NCBI GenBank assembly: GCA_022790975.1
Contig: JAAVYF010000026.1
Span: forward strand, 4,484-68,483
Reading direction: 5' to 3'
Source of the DNA: Clostridia bacterium
Lineage (GTDB): Bacteria > Bacillota > Clostridia > TANB77 > CAG-508
DNA: 64,000 nucleotides
Part shown: positions 22,947 through 33,541 of the stretch, one piece after another
Position numbering within the stretch: the stretch's first letter is position 1
How the letters are laid out: each line of letters opens with the position of its first letter
Notes under the pieces: generated by a model
What the model saw: only the letters and a program-made list of their open reading frames with translations
Told to the model about the DNA's origin: nothing
Databases searched by the model: none
Program-made: the position numbers and the translations under genes

Positions 22947-23795
22947 ATGGGAATAGGTTTAGCTTTAGCTGGTGGAGGACTAAAAGGAGTAGCTCATATT
23001 GGAGCATTTAAAGCTCTTCAAGAATTAGGAATAAAAATAGATTATATTTCAGGAACAAGTTCAGGAAGTTTAATGGCAGTTATGATTTCTTGTGGTTATG
23101 ATGTAAAAAGCATGGAAGATTTTATGAATAAAAATTATAAAGCTATGGCTAGTATTGAGAAAAAGCCAATAATAAAATCTATTGGTGGTTATATTATTCA
23201 TAAAGATGTTAAAGTTGAAGGGCTAAGTAACGGACAAAAGATTGAAGATTTAGTTAACAATTTTGCTTATACTAAAAACGTAAAAAATATATCAGATACT
23301 TTAATTCCAACAGCTTTAGTTACATGTGATACAATTACAATGAAAGAATGCATATGTGTTTCTAAAGAGTTTAATTTTACAAATTCTAACATAGATTATA
23401 TTTATGATATTCCAATAGGAAAAGCTGTTAGAGCTAGTATGTCCTTTCCAGGAATTTTTACTACATGTAATTTTGGAAAATATAATTTTATAGATGGTGG
23501 TACAAAAAATAATCTTCCAGTACAAGTATTAAAAGATATGGGAGCAGATAAGATTATTTCTGTTAGTTTCGATTTAGATAGTTATAAGCCAACAAATAAA
23601 ATTTTTGATGTAGTAATTCGTGCATTAGATATCTTTTCTTTAGAAAGTGTTATTAAAGGAAGAAAATTGTCTAATGTATCTTGTGTTGTAAAAACAGAAG
23701 ATACAAGCCTTCTTGAGATAAAAGATACAGAGGCTGTAATTGAAGCTGGTTATAAAGCTGTTATGGAGCATAAAAACGAAATATTAAATTTATAA
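22947..23795 (+). CDS. Patatin-like phospholipase
   Basis: GGGLKG, GTSSG, DGG motifs. Confidence 0.92.
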   Translation: MGIGLALAGGGLKGVAHIGAFKALQELGIKIDYISGTSSGSLMAVMISCGYDVKSMEDFMNKNYKAMASIEKKPIIKSIGGYIIHKDVKVEGLSNGQKIEDLVNNFAYTKNVKNISDTLIPTALVTCDTITMKECICVSKEFNFTNSNIDYIYDIPIGKAVRASMSFPGIFTTCNFGKYNFIDGGTKNNLPVQVLKDMGADKIISVSFDLDSYKPTNKIFDVVIRALDIFSLESVIKGRKLSNVSCVVKTEDTSLLEIKDTEAVIEAGYKAVMEHKNEILNL

Positions 23796-23867
23796 TATTA
23801 ATAAATTTGATTAAGAATTAAAAATATAAGTTGAATGGAATAAAAAGTAAAAAATTTCAAAAAAATA

Positions 23868-23896
23868 TTGACAAAGGAAATGCAGTATGTTAAAAT
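23868..23896 (+). promoter_or_regulatory. SigA promoter of tRNA Val-Asp-Phe cluster
   Basis: TTGACA-17-TAAAAT. Confidence 0.8.
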
Positions 23897-23918
23897 AAAT
23901 TTCGTCGAAGAGATGAAC

Positions 23919-23994
23919 GGTCGCTTAGCTCAGCTGGGAGAGCATCTGCCTTACAAGCAGGGGGTCATAGGTTCGAACCCTATAGCGACCACCA
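23919..23994 (+). tRNA. tRNA-Val(TAC)
   Basis: Cloverleaf, loop CTTACAA, GTTCGAA, CCA end. Confidence 0.96.
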
Positions 23995-24030
23995 TTATTT
24001 TATTTTGAAGAAAAATAAAATATAAAAAAT

Positions 24031-24107
24031 GGCCTGGTAGTTCAGTTGGTTAGAATGCCGCCCTGTCACGGCGGAGGTCGACGGTTCGAGTCCGTTCCAG
24101 GTCGCCA
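24031..24107 (+). tRNA. tRNA-Asp(GTC)
   Basis: CCGCC-CTGTCAC-GGCGG arm, GTTCGAG, CCA end. Confidence 0.96.
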
Positions 24108-24246
24108 TAAAAGATATCTAGAAAACTAGATATCTTTTATAAAATAAAAAGTTATTAAAAATAAAAGTAATAAATTAATAAAATAATAAGATGTATTAAA
24201 TCAATAAAAAATGAAAAAACAAATATAGAAAAAAATTAAATAAAAT

Positions 24247-24322
<76 letters not shown>

Positions 24323-24487
24323 TTTTACAACAGCTTGCAAACTATAAAGTTTGTAGGTTGTTTTTTTATATTCGACAAAAGTGTATAATTTAAAAGAAAT
24401 GTTTTAGTTGAAAAGTCAATATAAAATGTGTTATAATAAAATTACTTTGTCGGAAGACAAAATAATATAATTGTAAGGAGACAATAT

Positions 24488-24820
24488 ATGAAGGTTTTAA
24501 TTGAGGATGAACAAACATCCAAAGACGTACTCTTGGTAATTAAGTCTGTTATTGATGGTTTCGGCGGACCAAAGTACGTAACCAGTATTCGGATAGTCAA
24601 AAGAGGTAAGCAGCGGCTATCTATGCAATCGATTCTTGTCGTAGAACTCAAAAATCCAGAGATGAAAGAAAGTGTGGAAATAAATTCACATTTCTTTAAA
24701 TCCTTATTCTACGAGAATGGGTGCATGGGATGCTTGAAAGAACTGATGGAGTATTGTGGGATCGATAGCAGGAAGAGTGACTTCCAGCCAAAAGAGACTG
24801 TCTGGAAAAAAAACAAGTAA
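24488..24820 (+). CDS. GC-richer ORFan with two unshifted in-frame CGG codons (24590, 24614)
   Basis: AAGGAG RBS, promoter TTGAAA-18-TATAAT at 24408-24437, terminator hairpin 24847-24884. Confidence 0.6.
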   Translation: MKVLIEDEQTSKDVLLVIKSVIDGFGGPKYVTSIRIVKRGKQRLSMQSILVVELKNPEMKESVEINSHFFKSLFYENGCMGCLKELMEYCGIDSRKSDFQPKETVWKKNK

Positions 24821-25212
24821 GTGTACATGTATTTTTGTTTCCAAGTAAAATCCCCTATAGCAAATTGGTGCTGTAGGGGATTTTTCAAATTTAGTGGATG
24901 TTTTTTCAAAATTACTAAATAAAAAGATAAACAATATTATTAAAATAAAATTTATAGACAAAGATTAAAAATGTAACAAAAAGATATCATTTATAAAAAA
25001 ATATATCTTTTTATATTTTTTTTTGCTATAATAAAAATATATAATATATTAAATAAGATTACAAAATTTTAAATTATTTGAAAATAAAATTGATGCTACA
25101 AGAGTTGAAGCTTATATGAAAAGGTTATATAAATAAAAAATTAAATCTTGTTAAAGATGATAGTTTGTAATCATAATACAAATGAAAAAATTTATAAAAA
25201 GGGGAAATTAAA

Positions 25213-25920
25213 ATGAAGAAAAATAAGGTTGAATCTCTTATAATGATAATATTCTTTATTGTTGGAGCTGTATTTTTTGTAGTTGGAATCGCTATAGGAG
25301 TAAATACTCTTTCTAAAGATGGTAAAATTGAAACAGTTGGAACAATTACTTATATAGAAAGATATAGAAATGTAAATCATGATATATCATATAGGGTTTT
25401 TGTTGAATATGAAGCAGATGGTGAAATGTATGAATCAGAACTAAATTACTATTCATCAGGTTTTCGTGAGGGCATGGAGATTGATATATACTATTATGAA
25501 GATGAACCAGAAAAAATAGGTTCTCCAGCAGAAAACATATTTGTAATAATTTTCCCAATTTCGGGATTCATTCTTATTTCAATAAGTGGAATTATGTTTT
25601 TCTACAAAAAAGCTAAAAATAGTAAAATGAAAAGACTAATTGCAACAGGTGAAAAAGTTTATGCCAACATTGTAGATGTTGTTGTAAATACTAGTTATTC
25701 TGTTAATGGAAGACATCCTCTTAATATAATTTGTGAATGGAAAAATCCTAAAGATGGAGAAACATATAGATTTAAAAGCGATAATTTATGGAAAGATGTT
25801 GAAAGAATGATAATAGAAAGAAATATGAGAACTATACCAGTATATTTAAATCCATCAGATATTAGAGAATATTATGTTTATGTAGAGGATATTAAAGATA
25901 CAGTTATAGATTTAACTTAA
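25213..25920 (+). CDS. DUF3592-like membrane protein
   Basis: TM-beta domain-TM architecture, VEYEADG..IYYYEDEPEK. Confidence 0.65.
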   Translation: MKKNKVESLIMIIFFIVGAVFFVVGIAIGVNTLSKDGKIETVGTITYIERYRNVNHDISYRVFVEYEADGEMYESELNYYSSGFREGMEIDIYYYEDEPEKIGSPAENIFVIIFPISGFILISISGIMFFYKKAKNSKMKRLIATGEKVYANIVDVVVNTSYSVNGRHPLNIICEWKNPKDGETYRFKSDNLWKDVERMIIERNMRTIPVYLNPSDIREYYVYVEDIKDTVIDLT

Positions 25921-26242
25921 AAATAAAAATTTGTTTTTGATAATAAAAAAGCACAGATTTAAAGTTAGTAAATAAATACTTTAAATCTGTGCTTTTTATG
26001 TATAGTATTGGTATATTATTAAATTAAGAATGCTTTAATAGAATATGAGTTGTTAAATTTAAAATTTGTTTTTAAGAACTAAAAATCAATAAATTGAAAA
26101 ATAAAATTTAGGTTAAGCCAAAAGCAAAATTCAATTTTGTAAAAAATAAAATTTGAAATATAAAAGCTTAAAATACTTGATTTTTAAAATCAACCAATAT
26201 ATAATAATTTTCAATTATTTTAATTGTGAAAAGGGTGATTTT

Positions 26243-27268
26243 ATGAATAATACATATCAAATATTAGATGAAACAGAATATTTTCTTGATGATTATTATA
26301 ATCAAAATTATACATATATTAGAAAAAATCCTATAAGTGAAAATATTAAAGATAATCAAAATAAATTTTTCTATAAAGACAATTTAACATATACACCAAT
26401 TGAATTTGGAGAAGTTATTGGAAGTAATTTAGCAAAAAGAACAATAAATAATGGATGTAGTGCAGTTCTTACCAAAAAAAGAATAAATGGTTCTAGTTCA
26501 AATAAATTCTCTTATGGAGTAAGTAGTTTTTATTATTGTTCTGAAAAAGATAAAATTCTTTATCCTACTAGTTTTATAATGGAATATTTTAAAAGAGAAA
26601 ATTTGCCATTAGAAATGTATAAAAAAGGTTGTATAGATATAGAAACTTGTTTAAAATCGATAAAATATGAAATGCTTATTGTATATAAAAGACCACATGC
26701 AGAATATTTGATGGTTAAACAACAATTTATAGACATGATAATGTTTGATTGTAGGTTTGGAAATTATGATAGAAGAATAGAAAATTGGATGTTATATCAA
26801 GATGGAATAACTGGAGAAATTATGTTATATCCATTGTTTGATAATGAAACAGTTTTAGGTTTTGATAGTGATATTAAAAATTTTCAAATAGGAGAGAATA
26901 AAAAAACTAAATTAAGTTCAAATGAAGTTTTTCAAGAAGAGAAAAGTTTAATTTTAAATTATAATTTAAATTTAAGAATGCGTGAAATTGTTCCAAAAGA
27001 TTGTAATGCTGGATATTCTAGATCACAAGATATTATAAAATATATTGTTAGAAAATATCCAAATGAAATGGAAAACTCATATAAAAAATTAAAAAGTCTT
27101 TCATACAGAGAATTTATAGAATTCATAGAAAGTTTTGAAGATCTTTCAAAACCAAGAAAGAATTTAACTAAAAAAATATTTTTAACTAGAGAATTTTTAA
27201 TGGATAAAGCTATAAAAGAAGTAAGAGAAGAAGAACCAGTATATTTAGAATGTAAAATGATTAGTTGA
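26243..27268 (+). CDS. HipA/CtkA-like kinase domain protein
   Basis: MFDCRFGNYDRRIENW and LYPLFDNE resemble the HipA GNxDRHxxN and APxYD motifs. Confidence 0.6.
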   Translation: MNNTYQILDETEYFLDDYYNQNYTYIRKNPISENIKDNQNKFFYKDNLTYTPIEFGEVIGSNLAKRTINNGCSAVLTKKRINGSSSNKFSYGVSSFYYCSEKDKILYPTSFIMEYFKRENLPLEMYKKGCIDIETCLKSIKYEMLIVYKRPHAEYLMVKQQFIDMIMFDCRFGNYDRRIENWMLYQDGITGEIMLYPLFDNETVLGFDSDIKNFQIGENKKTKLSSNEVFQEEKSLILNYNLNLRMREIVPKDCNAGYSRSQDIIKYIVRKYPNEMENSYKKLKSLSYREFIEFIESFEDLSKPRKNLTKKIFLTREFLMDKAIKEVREEEPVYLECKMIS

Positions 27269-27370
27269 AAAAAAAAATGTCTTATGATAAAATGCAATAA
27301 AATATTTTTATAAAAATTATAGAAAAAGTTTATTAAAATATAGTGTTAATTATAGGAAGGAATGTAATAT

Positions 27371-28384
27371 ATGAATGTATTAGTAACAGGGGGATTAGGT
27401 TTTATAGGTTCACATACAGTTGTAGAACTATTGGAGAAAGGATATGATGTTATAATTGTGGACAACCTTTATAATAGTGACATCAAAGTAAAAGATAAAA
27501 TTACTGAAATTACTAAAAAAACTCCAAAAGTATATATAGAAGATTTATTAAATAAAGAGGCAATAAATAAAATATTTAATGAAAATAATATTGATGAAGT
27601 AATACATTTTGCTGGGTATAAAGCTGTTGGAGAGTCTTGTAAAAAACCACTTATGTATTATTATAATAATTTGATGAGTACAATAAATTTATTAGAAGTT
27701 ATGAAAGAACATAATGTTAAAAAGTTTATATTTAGTTCATCTGCAACGATTTATGGAAATCCTGGAATACCTAAATATGTTGAAGATTTAGGAAGAGGAA
27801 TCACGACTAATCCATATGGAACAACAAAATCAATGATAGAACAAATTTTAGAGGATTTATATAAATCTGATAATGAATGGTCTATATCTTTACTTAGATA
27901 TTTCAATCCTATTGGAGCTCATAAAAGTGGTTTAATTGGAGAAAAACCAAATGGAATCCCAAATAATTTAATGCCATATATTTTAAAAGTTGCAAGTGGA
28001 GAACTTGAAGTTTTAAATGTGTTTGGAAATGATTATGATACACCAGATGGAACTGGTGTTAGAGATTATATTCATGTTGTTGATTTAGCTAAAGGTCATG
28101 TAAGTAGTTTAAATAAAATAGAAAAAAGTGGTTCAGGATTATATATTTATAATTTAGGTTCAGGAAAAGGATATAGTGTTCTAGAACTTGTAAACACATT
28201 TGAAAGAGTAAATAATATTAAAGTAAACTATAAAATTGTAGAAAGAAGACCAGGAGATTTAGCTGAATATTATGCTGATGCAAGTAAAGCTTTAAATGAA
28301 CTTGGATGGAAAACAGAAAAAACGTTAGAAGATATGTGTAGAGATTCTTGGAACTTTATGAAAAAGGAAATTCAAAGCATATGA
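27371..28384 (+). CDS. galE: UDP-glucose 4-epimerase
   Basis: TGGLGFIGSH, FAGYKAVGES, YGTTK, LRYFNPIGAH, GVRDYIHV. Confidence 0.97.
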   Translation: MNVLVTGGLGFIGSHTVVELLEKGYDVIIVDNLYNSDIKVKDKITEITKKTPKVYIEDLLNKEAINKIFNENNIDEVIHFAGYKAVGESCKKPLMYYYNNLMSTINLLEVMKEHNVKKFIFSSSATIYGNPGIPKYVEDLGRGITTNPYGTTKSMIEQILEDLYKSDNEWSISLLRYFNPIGAHKSGLIGEKPNGIPNNLMPYILKVASGELEVLNVFGNDYDTPDGTGVRDYIHVVDLAKGHVSSLNKIEKSGSGLYIYNLGSGKGYSVLELVNTFERVNNIKVNYKIVERRPGDLAEYYADASKALNELGWKTEKTLEDMCRDSWNFMKKEIQSI

Positions 28385-29266
28385 AAACAGCAGTAATTAT
28401 TTTAAATTACAATTCTGAAAATGATACAATAAGATATGTAAATGAAATAAAAAATTATAATTGTATAGATACAATAATAGTAGTAGATAATAATTCAACA
28501 AATATAAATTCTTTTGAAAAAATTAAAAATTTAGAAAATGAAAAAATTCATGTTATAAAATCAGACAAAAATGGTGGGTATTCTTATGGAAACAATTATG
28601 GTTTGAGATATTTGGAAAATTTAGCTGAAAAATATGATTATATTGTAATTTCAAATCCTGATGTTGAAGTTAAAGAAAATGTATTTGAATCTTGTTTTAA
28701 AGAACTTGAGGAAAATAATAATATAGCAGTTGTAGCTCCTAAGATGATTGATAAAAACGGAAATCATATAAGAAGAAGCAGTTGGAAAATTAGAACTCCT
28801 AAAATTGATATGATTAATTCTACAAGATTAAATGAAATTTTATTTTATAAATTATTTAAATCAGGAGAATATACAGAAGATGATTTTAAGCAAGCAAAAT
28901 TAAATGTTGAAGCTGTATCAGGTGCATTTTTTACTATAAAGTTTGAAGTTTTTAAAAAGATACGGTTTTTTTGATGAGAATGTATTTTTATTTTATGAGG
29001 AAGATATTTTAGCAAGCAAATTGCAAAATTTAGGATATGGAGAACTTAGTTTAAACTATATAGAATTTAAACATTTTGAAAGCCAAAGTATTGACAAAGC
29101 ATTAAATTATTATAAAAAAATAATAAGATTGCAAAAAAGCAAAATGTATTATCATATAAATTATAATAATATAAATAGTATTCAAAAATTTATATTTCAT
29201 ATTTTAAATATTTGGAGAAGACTAGAATTATTAATAGAAATTCCAATTAGAAAAATAATTAAGTAA
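28381..29266 (+). CDS. GT2 glycosyltransferase; one +1 shift at CGG 28963 (294 aa joined)
   Basis: VVDNNS, NGGYSYGNN, SNPD; ATA CGG T -> GFFDENVFLFYEED restores the GxFDExxFLYxEE motif. Confidence 0.88.
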
Positions 29267-29327
29267 ACCAAAAACATTTTTATATAATTTTTTAAATAAT
29301 ACTTTTAATATTAAAAGGAGTAACAAT

Positions 29328-29939
29328 TTGGAAATATTAACGCTAAATTCTAAAGTAAAAATTGGATGTAAAATTTGTGATAAGTGTTGTATTTATAGAG
29401 GTGATATAAAAATTACATCTATAAATGTAGCTATGATTAGTAAATATCTAAATATTTCTGCTAAGGAGTTTGTAAAAAAATATACTCATGATGTAGATGG
29501 AGAGTTTCCAGAAATTGCTTTAAATGGCATAGGTAACAAAAGAGCTTGTATTTTATATAATCAAGAAACATATAAATGTAAAATCCATAAAGTAAAACCA
29601 ATGCAATGTGTTATGTTTCCATTAGTTCCAGAAGATTTAAAAAGTGATTATTTTATAAACTCAGGTTCATGTGAATATGATGAGCAAAAAGAAATAAAGG
29701 TAAAAAAGTGGCTTGGTGGTAATAGAGGAATTTATAAAAAATATAAAGAATTCTATATAAAATGGATAGCACTTATGGAAGAAATACAATTTAGAAGTTC
29801 TCACTTAACTCCAGATTCCAAAAAATATATAAAAAAATATTTATATGAAGAGTTTGATGAAAATAAAAATTTGAAGAGACAAGCAGAAAAAAATTTAGAA
29901 ATAGTTACTAAATTTGTTATGAATAATTTTAAAGAATAA
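29328..29939 (+). CDS. YkgJ-family cysteine cluster protein
   Basis: CKICDKCC...CILY...CKIHKVKPMQCVMFP. Confidence 0.85.
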   Translation: MEILTLNSKVKIGCKICDKCCIYRGDIKITSINVAMISKYLNISAKEFVKKYTHDVDGEFPEIALNGIGNKRACILYNQETYKCKIHKVKPMQCVMFPLVPEDLKSDYFINSGSCEYDEQKEIKVKKWLGGNRGIYKKYKEFYIKWIALMEEIQFRSSHLTPDSKKYIKKYLYEEFDENKNLKRQAEKNLEIVTKFVMNNFKE

Positions 29940-30045
29940 TTTAATATAACAAAATTTTAAAATATTAAAAAAATTTATTTTTATACTACAAAACTAAAAT
30001 TGATTATGTTATACTATAAGCATACTAGAGAAAAGGAGAAAATAA

Positions 30046-31179
30046 ATGGATAAGAAAACAAAAGTTAAAATTACATTTGTAATGACACTTGTTATAATTG
30101 CTATAATAGTTATTATAATGATTATTTTTGTAAAGGGAAATAGAAAATCTAAAAATAATATTCCAACAAAACCAGCTATTGATGAATCAAATTCAAATAA
30201 TGATTTAGAAAATGACGAAGGAGAAACACTTACATTAGAAGGAATTGATAGCTTGGCAATTTTAAATAACACTTTGGTTAAAGTAAAAACAGATGGAAGC
30301 TTTGAACTTGTAAAAGATTTTTCTTATGAAGAAAATAAATTTGTTGACTATACATATGATAATGAAAATGCATATATAGTATATAGTAAAACTAATGAAT
30401 ATCCTAATAAAACAGTTATTTATAAAATAGATTTATTAAAAAGTAATTACAATCAAGAGTTAGTATATGAAAGCGAAATTGAAGATTATTATGATGACAT
30501 AATTGTTAATGAAGATAAAATATATTATACTACACGTGAAAAGAAAATTATAGAGTATAGTATAAATGAGGAAATTAAAGAAACATTATTAGCAGAAAAC
30601 GTAGAAATTATAAATGGAAGTCTATCAATTGATAAAGAAAGTAACAAAATTTATTATATAGCTTCTGAAGATGGAGAAACTAATATATATTCAATGGATT
30701 TAGGAACTTTTCAAGTAGATAAAGTTATAAACGGATTTGAATATGGATTTGACCTTTTCTTGTGTAATAATCAGTATTTAGTATGTAATGTAAATAAATC
30801 TAATTATTTATATAATATTGCATCTGGAAACATTTTTGAAATAGGTCCAAATATAAATTCTGATTTGGGTCATGGTGCAAAAGGAAGAATTACATATTAT
30901 AAAAATGATTTTATAGTATATACTGATGAACAAAAAATAATTTTAAAAGATTTTGAAGGAAACACTTTAAATAATGCTTTATATACAGTGGAAAATGGAT
31001 ATTATATTTCAGATATTTCAATGATAACTCAAAACAAATTACAAATAAAACTTAATAAAATTCCTAATGTAGATGATGAAACAACTTATGATATGGATAA
31101 ATGGGTAGTTATAGATTTTGAAACAGGTGAAACAGAGCGTAGTGTTAATTTGTATACAAATATAATAAATATTGTTTAA
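30046..31179 (+). CDS. Membrane-anchored probable beta-propeller protein
   Basis: N-terminal TM, repeated KIYY/IYxxDL strands. Confidence 0.6.
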   Translation: MDKKTKVKITFVMTLVIIAIIVIIMIIFVKGNRKSKNNIPTKPAIDESNSNNDLENDEGETLTLEGIDSLAILNNTLVKVKTDGSFELVKDFSYEENKFVDYTYDNENAYIVYSKTNEYPNKTVIYKIDLLKSNYNQELVYESEIEDYYDDIIVNEDKIYYTTREKKIIEYSINEEIKETLLAENVEIINGSLSIDKESNKIYYIASEDGETNIYSMDLGTFQVDKVINGFEYGFDLFLCNNQYLVCNVNKSNYLYNIASGNIFEIGPNINSDLGHGAKGRITYYKNDFIVYTDEQKIILKDFEGNTLNNALYTVENGYYISDISMITQNKLQIKLNKIPNVDDETTYDMDKWVVIDFETGETERSVNLYTNIINIV

Positions 31180-31237
31180 TTTATAAAATAAGCCCCTATC
31201 TAAAATAGGGGTTAGATTTTTTTGAAAGGAACTAAAA

Positions 31238-31676
31238 ATGAAAAAGATAATTTCAAATTCTAGTGAAGAAACAATAAATTTAGCTGAAAAAATAGCTCCT
31301 AGTTTAAAAACAGGAGATGTTATAATTTTAGTTCGGAGATTTAGGGTCTGGAAAAACTAAATTTACTCAAGGTATTTTAAAATATTTTGATTTAGAAGAT
31401 GAAATTTCTAGTCCAACATTTACAATAGTAAATGAATATTATTCTAAACATCAGAATATCTATCATTTTGATGTTTATAGATTAGAAGATAGTAGCGAAT
31501 TTTATGCAATTGGTGGAGATGAATATTTTCAAAAAGGAATTTGCTTAATAGAATGGGGAGAAAAAATTGAAGATGCACTTCCTTTAAATTATAGAAAAAT
31601 TTCATTTTCAAGAGATTTAGAACATGAAAATAGAAGGGTTTTAGATTTTGAAAATTTTGATGATATTGATATATGA
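31238..31676 (+). CDS. tsaE: t6A biosynthesis ATPase TsaE; one +1 shift at CGG 31334 (145 aa joined); missing from ORF track
   Basis: SEETINLAEKIA...GDVIILV CGG A -> GDLGSGKT (Walker A), SSPTFTIVNEY, YHFDVYRL, LIEWGE. Confidence 0.92.
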
Positions 31677-31860
31677 AACTTAAATTAATTATTTTTATAA
31701 ATATATTATGTAGTTATTGGACAAAATTAAATAAATATGAATAAATACAAAAAAACACTTGCAATACCTAAAATAAATGGATATAATAATTAGGTATTTA
31801 ATTTGATGAAATAAATTAAAATATATTTTATCAGTTTTTAAGTTTTGGGAGGATGAAGCA

Positions 31861-32997
31861 ATGAAAAAAATAGCAATACTTACAAATGGTGGAGATGCAC
31901 CAGGATTAAATGCAGTTATTAGAGCAATTGTAAAAACAGCAGAATATAATGGAATTGAATGTTATGGTTTTATAGAAGGATATAGAGGTCTTCTTGATAA
32001 CAATTATGTAAAACTTGATTCAACAGGAAATGCATCTGGAATATTAGATAAAGGTGGAACTATTATAGGAACATCAAATAATACTAATGTATTTAATTTA
32101 AAAACAATAAATGAAAATGGTGAAGTTGAGTACAAAGACTACTCAGAAAAATGTGTTCAAAATATAAAAGATGATGGATTTGATTGTTTATTTACTTTAG
32201 GAGGAGATGGAACTCAAAAATCTAGTAGAGATTTTTCTTTAAGAGGAATCAATTGTATAGGAATTCCAAAAACTATAGATAATGATGTTGCTTCAACAGA
32301 TATTACTTTTGGATATAATACAGCAGTTTCTGTTGCAACAGAAGCATTAGATAGACTTCATACAACAGCAGAAGCTCATCATAGAATAATGGTATTAGAA
32401 GTTATGGGAAGATATGCAGGATGGATAACTTTAGAAAGTGCAATTGCAGGTGGAGCTGATGTTGCATTAATTCCAGAAATTCCATACGATATAAATAAAG
32501 TAGTACAAAAAATAGAATCTAGAAAAGCAAAAGGAAAACCATTTAGTATTGTTGTTGTATCTGAAGGTGCAATGGAAAAAGATGGAACTGTTACTATAAA
32601 AAGAAAATTAGATGATGGTAAAGGACTAGATAATATTAGACTTGGAGGAGCAGGAGAAAAAGTTGCACAAATTTTAGAAGAATTAACAGGTCTAGATGCT
32701 AGAACTACAGTTTTAGGATATGTTCAAAGAGGAGGAACACCAACATCATATGATAGAGTTTTATCTACAAAATATGGAGTAAAAGCAGTTGAACTTGCAA
32801 TGCAAGGAATTTTCAATGTTTTAGTAACATGTAAAGATGGAAAAATGAGTTATGCTACATTAGAAGAAGTTGTAGGAAATAATAAAGAAATAGGTGCTGC
32901 TTCTGGTGGAACAAAAGAAAGTAATATTAGAAAAATAAAGATGGATGATGAACTTATTCATGTTGCAAGAAATATAGGAATTTGTTTAGGAGATTAA
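31861..32997 (+). CDS. pfkA: 6-phosphofructokinase (group III-type signature)
   Basis: GGDAPGLN, GGDGT, PKTIDND, EVMGR, LGYVQRGG. Confidence 0.93.
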   Translation: MKKIAILTNGGDAPGLNAVIRAIVKTAEYNGIECYGFIEGYRGLLDNNYVKLDSTGNASGILDKGGTIIGTSNNTNVFNLKTINENGEVEYKDYSEKCVQNIKDDGFDCLFTLGGDGTQKSSRDFSLRGINCIGIPKTIDNDVASTDITFGYNTAVSVATEALDRLHTTAEAHHRIMVLEVMGRYAGWITLESAIAGGADVALIPEIPYDINKVVQKIESRKAKGKPFSIVVVSEGAMEKDGTVTIKRKLDDGKGLDNIRLGGAGEKVAQILEELTGLDARTTVLGYVQRGGTPTSYDRVLSTKYGVKAVELAMQGIFNVLVTCKDGKMSYATLEEVVGNNKEIGAASGGTKESNIRKIKMDDELIHVARNIGICLGD

Positions 32998-33077
32998 TTT
33001 TTATATTTTAAATAAAAATTGGAATTAAAAAGTAAAATATAGTTTTAAACAAAAAGAATAAAAATTTTTAAAAACTA

Positions 33078-33106
33078 TTGACAAAAATAAAATAATATTT
33101 TAAAAT
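33078..33106 (+). promoter_or_regulatory. SigA promoter of tRNA His-Gln
   Basis: TTGACA-17-TAAAAT. Confidence 0.8.
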
Positions 33107-33139
33107 ATAGTAGCACTGTAAAGAACAGTGCTACTATTT

Positions 33140-33217
33140 GGTGGATTTAGCGTAGTTGGTTAACGCGCCAGTTTGTGGCACTGGAGACCATGGGTTCGAG
33201 TCCCATATTCCACCCCA
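33140..33217 (+). tRNA. tRNA-His(GTG), G-1 included
   Basis: CCAGT-TTGTGGC-ACTGG arm, GTTCGAG, C-CCA end. Confidence 0.95.
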
Positions 33218-33229
33218 TTAATTATATAT

Positions 33230-33304
33230 TGGGCTGTAGCCAAGCGGTAAGGCATCAGACTTTGACTCTGACATGCGCTAGTTCGAATCTAGCCAGCCCA
33301 GCCA
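33230..33304 (+). tRNA. tRNA-Gln(TTG), integration target
   Basis: TCAGA-CTTTGAC-TCTGA arm, GTTCGAA, CCA end. Confidence 0.95.
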
Positions 33305-33333
33305 AAAAAGACAGATTGAAAAATCTGTCTTTT
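33305..33333 (+). terminator. Terminator after tRNA-Gln, supplied by the element
   Basis: AAAAGACAGATT-GAAA-AATCTGTCTTTT. Confidence 0.8.
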
Positions 33334-33541
33334 TCTTTTGTAGCAAGACTTACAAGAATTTTGGATTTTAAAACCTTATTAAACTCATAAAAATAGGGCT
33401 TTGTGACACGTATGCCTTGATAGTAGTGCATTTCGTTGTTAAATTTTATCGTTCATTTGTGCTTAATTTTATTCATTTGGGACTACGTGGTACTACAAAA
33501 TTGAAAAATGTAGTCCCTTGATATATAAGAGTTACAGGAGA

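Noticed and set aside
33108-33136. CIRCE-like inverted repeat (TAGCACTG-N7-CAGTGCTA)
   Set aside because: Spacing and flanking bases differ from TTAGCACTC-N9-GAGTGCTAA; it sits in a tRNA leader and is better read as a leader hairpin.
33175-33390. 71-aa ORF in the track
   Set aside because: Overlaps tRNA-His and tRNA-Gln; spurious.
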